A stretch of 62,000 nucleotides of DNA, taken from assembly GCA_046728035.1 (NCBI GenBank), contig JBKPDT010000127.1, forward strand, positions 1 to 62,000. The letters run 5' to 3'. The notes beneath the pieces were generated by a model. That model had not been told where the DNA came from, searched no databases, and saw only the letters and a list, made by a program, of their open reading frames with translations. Below, piece by piece: positions 57,249 to 62,000 of this stretch. Position 1 is the stretch's first letter. Each line of letters starts with the position of its first letter. The translations under genes and the position numbers were made by a program. Origin of the DNA: Candidatus Methylomirabilota bacterium (GTDB lineage: Bacteria > Methylomirabilota > Methylomirabilia > Rokubacteriales > CSP1-6).

Positions 57249-58330
57249 CAGATCGGCGCCGCCACCACCGAGTAGATCTCGGGCAGGTGCGAGGCAATGG
57301 GCCGCCAGCGGCGCCCTTCGTCTCCACCCATCCAGAGCTCGCCGCTGGTCGTCCCCAGGTAGAGGCCGACCGGCTCGCCGGCGTCGCCGCACATGGCCTG
57401 CCGCTTGACCGTCCACCATGCGTTTGCCGTCGGCAGTCCCGCGTCCTGTCGCTCCCAACTCAGGCCGGCATTCCGCTGCGATAGGCGGCGGGGTGGCCAC
57501 CGGGGCTTCGTGCGGGGCCAGACCGTGGTCCCGTCCATCGGGAATACCCACACCGTGTCGGGATCGCGCGGGTGCAGCCCGATGGGAAACCCGATGTCGC
57601 CGATCTTCTTCGGCATGCGTTCGCCGATGCGTACCCAGCGGTCGTCGAGATTGTCGGGGCCGCGGTCGGGCCGGTAGATCCCGCAATGGTTCTGCTGGTA
57701 GAGCCGGTCGGGCCGGAGCGGGTGCAGGTCGACGATATGCGGGTCCTGCCCGACCTCCGGGTACTTGTCAGGCAGGAATTCGGCGAGGACGCCCGCATTG
57801 AGGGGCCGCCAGGACTCGGCGCCGTCGCGGCTCTCGAAGACGCCGCCTCCCGAGAGCCCCGCGTAGAGATGGCCCGGGTCCCGGGGATCGATCCGGATGG
57901 AGTGGACGACGGCACCGTCCGGCGTCTGTTGGAATTCGGGGCCGACCCGCCCCATGACGTCCCGCTCGAATCCCTCGCAGTGCCCCCACGTGACGCCGCC
58001 GTCCTCGCTTCGGAACAGGCCCTGCGGCGAGGTCCCCGCCCACCAGACGCCCGGTTGAGTCGGGAGCCCCGGCGTCAACCAGAACGTGTGATCCACCGCC
58101 TTGAGGGTGCCCGACGCGCCGGCCTCCGCCTTGGGAAACGCCGGTGGCTCCTTGGCCTCGGTCCACGTCCGCCCGCCGGCGGTGGAGCGAAAGATCGTGG
58201 GGCCGAGGTGTCCGGTTCGCGCCGCCATGAGCAGGGAGCGGGTCGGGTCGCTCCGGTAGATGAAGGCACCCTTGCGGGTGGCGACGAGCAGAGCGGTCCC
58301 CCGCGGATGCCTGGGGTTTCGAGTCGTCAT
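57248..58330 (-). CDS. BNR/sialidase-like beta-propeller protein
   Basis: ORF 57248..58792 trimmed to ATG 58330 (GAGGAG SD). Repeated S-x-D-x-G-x-T-W-like units (STAGGRTW, SEDGGVTW, SRDGAESW, NAGLSW). Confidence 0.75.
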   Translation of the reverse strand: MTTRNPRHPRGTALLVATRKGAFIYRSDPTRSLLMAARTGHLGPTIFRSTAGGRTWTEAKEPPAFPKAEAGASGTLKAVDHTFWLTPGLPTQPGVWWAGTSPQGLFRSEDGGVTWGHCEGFERDVMGRVGPEFQQTPDGAVVHSIRIDPRDPGHLYAGLSGGGVFESRDGAESWRPLNAGVLAEFLPDKYPEVGQDPHIVDLHPLRPDRLYQQNHCGIYRPDRGPDNLDDRWVRIGERMPKKIGDIGFPIGLHPRDPDTVWVFPMDGTTVWPRTKPRWPPRRLSQRNAGLSWERQDAGLPTANAWWTVKRQAMCGDAGEPVGLYLGTTSGELWMGGDEGRRWRPIASHLPEIYSVVAAPI

Positions 58331-58341
58331 GGCGGAGCTCC

Positions 58342-59757
58342 TCAGAGCCGGAGCAAGATGAGATAGGTGACGGTCACCGACAGGTTGTTCACGGCGTGCG
58401 CCACGATCCCGGGTAGCAGGCTTCGCGATCGCTCGTACGCAAAAGCCCACAGTATGCCCGATACGAAGACGGAGGCGAAGCCGGCCAGGCCATAGCCGTG
58501 GGCAGCGGCGAAGAGGCAGCCGCTCGCGACGGCGGCGAGCGGAGCTCCGGTCACGGTGCGGAGGGTGCCGTAGAGCAGTCCGCGAAACGTCAGCTCCTCC
58601 ACGAACGGCGTCCAGATGACGGTGTCGAGCGCGTCCAGCACCAGCAGCCACGGCGGATCCCAGAGCAGATCCTCGGGAAGACCATCGGCCCAGTGGGAGT
58701 CGATCCCTAGCGCGCTGACCGCGGTGCCGATTCCCGCTTCCGCGGCTCCGCCCACACCGACGAGGACGAGCGCTAATGCCAGGAGCCCCCATCCCGAGCC
58801 CGATGGCAGCGCGAGACCGAAGGCGCGGGAGAAGGACTCACCGCGCGCGCGGAGGTAGGCGGCGGTCCAGATGAGCACGGGCAGGCCCGCGAGGAACGAC
58901 GCGAACCGGATCGCGGTCGCAGCCTCGGGCACGATGACGATGACGACGAGGCTGAGACCGAGGAGGCCGAGGACGCCGCGCACGACCAGGGCATAGCCGT
59001 CGCCGAACCCCCACGGCGGTGGCAGCGGCGCCGAGCCGAGGCAGGGCACCCGTCCGCGTCGGAGCAGGATCGCGAGGACCGCCACCGAGGACAGGACCAG
59101 CAGGCCTTCGGCCGCGATGAGCGCGCGCCAGCGGGCGAGGAGAGAGCGGCCGCGCGCAGCTACATCGGCGGCCGCCCGCGCGGCGGTGGGGGCATCGCCG
59201 GCGTTGGCGGCGATGCGCGCGACCAGCGTGTCGGTGAACCAGTTGGCGGGCAAGGTGGCCCGGATCCGCGCGATCATCTCGGCCCCTTCCCCGGGCGGGA
59301 GCGGGGCGGGGGAGTAGGCGGCGGTGACCCAGTCGTTGCGGTCGCGGCCCGGCGCGGGGCGGTCTCCCGCCTCGGCCTTGTCTCCCGCCTCGGCCTTGAG
59401 GACGGCGTAGTAAAGCTCGGCGGGGCCGGAGTCGACGACCTCCAGCATCTCCTCGTACCAGCGGATCGCCTCCTCCAGGGGCTCGTCGTCGCCGGCCAGG
59501 AGACCATAGAGCCATTGCTCCCAGCGGGGAGACGTGCGCAGCGACTCGCGCACGTCGAGGTCCCGGGACACGAGCCGCTCCAGCGCGTCGGCCGGCCGCT
59601 CGAGGGACTCCAGCGGCGAGCCTTTCCAGGGTGCCGCGTAGACGCCGACCAGGAGCGTGGCGAGAACAGTGCACAGGATGGTGATCCAGGGGGAGAAGTA
59701 GCGGGAGCGCAGCGGGGATTCCAGCGCCTGGACTTCGTTCGGCGAGGGGCCGATCAT
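58342..59757 (-). CDS. CPBP-family intramembrane glutamic endopeptidase with long N-terminal domain
   Basis: ORF 58342..61131 trimmed to ATG 59757. FVEELTFRG, FAAAHG, HAVNN motifs. Confidence 0.8.
   Translation of the reverse strand: MIGPSPNEVQALESPLRSRYFSPWITILCTVLATLLVGVYAAPWKGSPLESLERPADALERLVSRDLDVRESLRTSPRWEQWLYGLLAGDDEPLEEAIRWYEEMLEVVDSGPAELYYAVLKAEAGDKAEAGDRPAPGRDRNDWVTAAYSPAPLPPGEGAEMIARIRATLPANWFTDTLVARIAANAGDAPTAARAAADVAARGRSLLARWRALIAAEGLLVLSSVAVLAILLRRGRVPCLGSAPLPPPWGFGDGYALVVRGVLGLLGLSLVVIVIVPEAATAIRFASFLAGLPVLIWTAAYLRARGESFSRAFGLALPSGSGWGLLALALVLVGVGGAAEAGIGTAVSALGIDSHWADGLPEDLLWDPPWLLVLDALDTVIWTPFVEELTFRGLLYGTLRTVTGAPLAAVASGCLFAAAHGYGLAGFASVFVSGILWAFAYERSRSLLPGIVAHAVNNLSVTVTYLILLRL
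59362..59397 (-). repeat. Perfect 18-bp in-frame tandem duplication
   Basis: gtctcccgcctcggcctt x2 (plus strand), encoding KAEAGD twice. Confidence 0.95.
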
Positions 59758-59777
59758 GCCGGCGCAGTATACACCGG

Positions 59778-59783
59778 TATAAT
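59778..59783 (+). promoter_or_regulatory. Candidate -10 box (TATAAT) 7 nt upstream of ATG 59791
   Basis: ccggTATAATcgacgccATG, with no SD. Confidence 0.4.
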
Positions 59784-59790
59784 CGACGCC

Positions 59791-60603
59791 ATGTACGGCG
59801 CCTCCGACGCCGATCATCCCCGTCGCATCGTGTGCTTGAGCGCGGAGCACGCGGAGATCTGTTACGCCCTCGGTGCGGGCCACCGGGTGGTCGGCGTCCC
59901 CGGCACCGCGCAGCGGCCGCCCGAGGTGCGCGACAAGCCGCGCGTGGGCGGCTTCACCACGTTTCGCGTGGATCGGATCCTCGAGCTGGAGCCGGATCTG
60001 ATCCTGGCCTTCTCCGACCTGCAGGCCGACGTCGTGGCCGAGCTGATCCGCGCCGGGCGGAGCGTCCTCTGCACCAACCAGCGCTCCGTCGACGACATCC
60101 TCCAGGCCATCCTCGTGGTCGGCGGCGCCCTCGGGCTGCCCCAGCGGGCGCGCGCCCTCGTGCTGGACATGCGGGACGAGATCCGGCAGGTGCGCGAGTA
60201 CTCGAGCGTCTGGCCCGACCGGCCGCGCGTGTATTTCGAGGAGTGGCACGATCCGCTCATCGCCGGCATCCGGTGGGCGTCCGAGATCGTCGAGCTCGCC
60301 GGCGGGAGCGACATCTTTCCCGAGCTGCGCCGGGAAGCGGCGGCCACCGCGCGCGTGGTGGACGCGGCCGAGGTGGCGCGCCGCGATCCGGAGATCATTC
60401 TCGCGTCCTGGTGTGGCAAGCCGGTCGACGTCGACGCGATCCGCCGTCGCCCCGGCTGGGATCGGGTGAGCGCGGTCCGGAGCGGCGAGATCCATGTGCT
60501 GGACGGGACTGATATCCTGAGTCCAGGGCCTTCGGTGCTGGGTGGGCTCCGGCAGATCCACGAGATCGTGCAGACCTTCATGACCCGGTCCCGGGACGCC
60601 TGA
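59791..60603 (+). CDS. BtuF/TroA-like periplasmic-binding-fold protein without signal peptide
   Basis: ORF 59515..60603 trimmed to ATG 59791. RIVCLSAEHAEICYALGAGHRVVGV...PDLILAF... Confidence 0.75.
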   Translation: MYGASDADHPRRIVCLSAEHAEICYALGAGHRVVGVPGTAQRPPEVRDKPRVGGFTTFRVDRILELEPDLILAFSDLQADVVAELIRAGRSVLCTNQRSVDDILQAILVVGGALGLPQRARALVLDMRDEIRQVREYSSVWPDRPRVYFEEWHDPLIAGIRWASEIVELAGGSDIFPELRREAAATARVVDAAEVARRDPEIILASWCGKPVDVDAIRRRPGWDRVSAVRSGEIHVLDGTDILSPGPSVLGGLRQIHEIVQTFMTRSRDA

Positions 60604-60780
60604 GGTGCACTTCGAGAAGTCTCTACGGCGGTCCCAACAAACTGATTGATAAATCGGACGGGTCGCCCTCTCGCAGGTTGCATCGGTTCGCGCGGGAGTC
60701 GCGTCACAAAAAGTGAAAGACGCACGAGACCCGGGTGCTAGGATGATGTCCTCCTCCAGACCCCACGGAGACTGAAAGGC

Positions 60781-62000
60781 ATGCTCGCGCATCCAGAAAG
60801 ATTCTTCGCAGACAAGTTCGGCCTGAGCGCCTCCGTCACGGAGCGGCTGCTGGGCGGAACCCTCGCCCGCCGCGTGGACCACGCCGACCTCTATCTCGAA
60901 TACCGAGTGAGCGAGGAGCTGGTGCTCGAGGAGGGCGCGGTGAAGAAGGCCTCCCGGCACGTGAGCCAGGGCGCCGGCGTCCGGGCCCAGTCGGGGGAGC
61001 GCACGGGCTACGCGCACACCGACGACCTCGCCCTCCCGAACCTCGAGGAGGCGGTCCGCCAGGCCCGCGCCATCGCCGACGGGGCCGGGGACTCCGCGGT
61101 GGTCCCGGTGGCCGCGTTCTCCCGACCGCACGATCTGTACGCCCTCCCCGAGTCACCGCTGGCGGCCGACATCCACGCCAAGGTAGAGCTGCTCCGCAAG
61201 ATCGACGCGGCCGCCCGCGCCGCCGATCCACGCGTGAAGCAGGTGATCGCCAGCCTCGGGAGCGAGGACGTGGTGGTGCTGATGGCGGGGCCCTCCGGAT
61301 GGACGACGGGGGATGTCCGGCCCCTCACGCGCCTGAGCGTCACCGTGATCGCCGACGACAAGGGCAAGCGGGAGATCGGGAGCTATGGTGGCGGCGGGCG
61401 AGTCGACTTCAGCTTCTATCTGGAGAACGAGCGCTGGCGGCACTTCGCCTCCGAGGCGGTGCGCCAGGCCATCCTGAAGCTGGGCGCGGTGAACGCGCCC
61501 GCGGGGACCATGACGGTGGTGCTCGGCCCGGGCTGGCCCGGTATCCTCCTCCACGAGGCGGTGGGACACGGTCTCGAGGGCGACTTCAACCGCAAGGGCA
61601 CGTCCGCCTTCTCGGGACGGCTCGGCCTGAAGGTGGCCTCCGAGAAGGTCACCGTGGTGGACGACGGAACCCTCGCCAATCGCCGGGGCTCGCTCAACGT
61701 GGATGACGAGGGCGTACCCACCCGTCGGAACGTCCTCATCGAGAACGGCATCCTGCGCGGATACATGCAGGACCGTCTCAACGCGCGGCTGACCGGACAG
61801 GAGCCCACCGGCAACGGTCGCCGCGAGTCCTATGCGCATCCGCCGCTGCCGCGCATGACCAATACCTTCATGCTGGCGGGCGACGACGATCCCGCCGACA
61901 TCATCCGCTCGGTGGACCACGGCCTCTACGCCGTCAACTTCGGCGGCGGGCAGGTGGACATCACCAGCGGGAAGTTCGTCTTCTCCGCGAGCGAGGCGTA
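60781..62000 (+). CDS. tldD: Metalloprotease TldD (5' part; runs off right edge)
   Basis: Not in ORF track (no stop in window). Own translation from ATG 60781: MLAHPERFFADKFGLSASVTERLLGG...DLYLEYRVSEEL...HEAVGHGLEGDFNRKGTSAF. Confidence 0.9.
   Translation, partial: MLAHPERFFADKFGLSASVTERLLGGTLARRVDHADLYLEYRVSEELVLEEGAVKKASRHVSQGAGVRAQSGERTGYAHTDDLALPNLEEAVRQARAIADGAGDSAVVPVAAFSRPHDLYALPESPLAADIHAKVELLRKIDAAARAADPRVKQVIASLGSEDVVVLMAGPSGWTTGDVRPLTRLSVTVIADDKGKREIGSYGGGGRVDFSFYLENERWRHFASEAVRQAILKLGAVNAPAGTMTVVLGPGWPGILLHEAVGHGLEGDFNRKGTSAFSGRLGLKVASEKVTVVDDGTLANRRGSLNVDDEGVPTRRNVLIENGILRGYMQDRLNARLTGQEPTGNGRRESYAHPPLPRMTNTFMLAGDDDPADIIRSVDHGLYAVNFGGGQVDITSGKFVFSASEA

Noticed and set aside
60604-60780. 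The 177-bp lower-GC gap before tldD, examined for a tRNA, an sRNA or a strong promoter.
   Set aside because: No T-loop (GGTTCGAnnCC) or cloverleaf is present. There is only a weak extended -10-like TGCTAGGAT (60737-60745) without a -35, which is too weak to report as a feature.

Overview
High-GC bacterial chromosome segment (roughly 65-70 % G+C by eye, not computed). It is almost fully coding: about 58 protein genes, and I found no rRNA, tRNA, CRISPR array or transposase. All family names are from reading the translations, not from searches.

Gene content, left to right:
- 1-16.7 kb, all minus strand: an exosortase/PEP-CTERM-style exopolysaccharide locus. It holds a CelD-like gene, two stp-type glycosyltransferases, FemAB-like, WecB, deacetylase, SDR epimerase, sugar dehydrogenase, a Wzz/BY-kinase fusion, priming transferase, beta-barrel OMP and a Wza-like exporter. 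It is headed by a stand-alone degenerate GGDEF protein and a sigma-54 activator with a pseudo-receiver. Three -24/-12 promoters are readable in it.
- A second sigma-54 response regulator with a divergent CheY-like regulator, then a PrpD-like gene.
- Futalosine menaquinone genes (mqnD-like, mqnC, mqnE).
- A thrice-frameshifted gene.
- A MaoC-MaoC-GT28-deacetylase operon.
- ilvD.
- Hydantoinase A/B plus an orphan CoxL-like Mo-hydroxylase.
- A long, translationally coupled plus-strand operon: metH, methyltransferase, queG, LOG, def, receiver-like, diiron ferritin-like, SirB1-like, Asp/Glu-racemase-like, TAXI receptor.
- A ~1.65 kb lower-GC insertion that separates the TAXI receptor from its fused TRAP permease.
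- mutT/mutY, ygfZ, a DUF255 thioredoxin-like gene.
- TPP riboswitch-thiSGE.
- M20 amidohydrolase, MoaD-like plus BNR propeller, CPBP protease, a signal-less BtuF-like protein, and the 5' part of tldD.

Most noteworthy:
1. The kinase-less regulatory head of the EPS locus, including a structured leader carrying a perfect 20-nt tandem repeat with GGA motifs.
2. Three genes whose conserved N-termini can only be reached from SD-preceded CTG codons.
3. The low-GC junk island inside the TRAP operon, and the start-less permease N-terminus next to it.
4. A catalytic-domain-only MutY directly followed by MutT.
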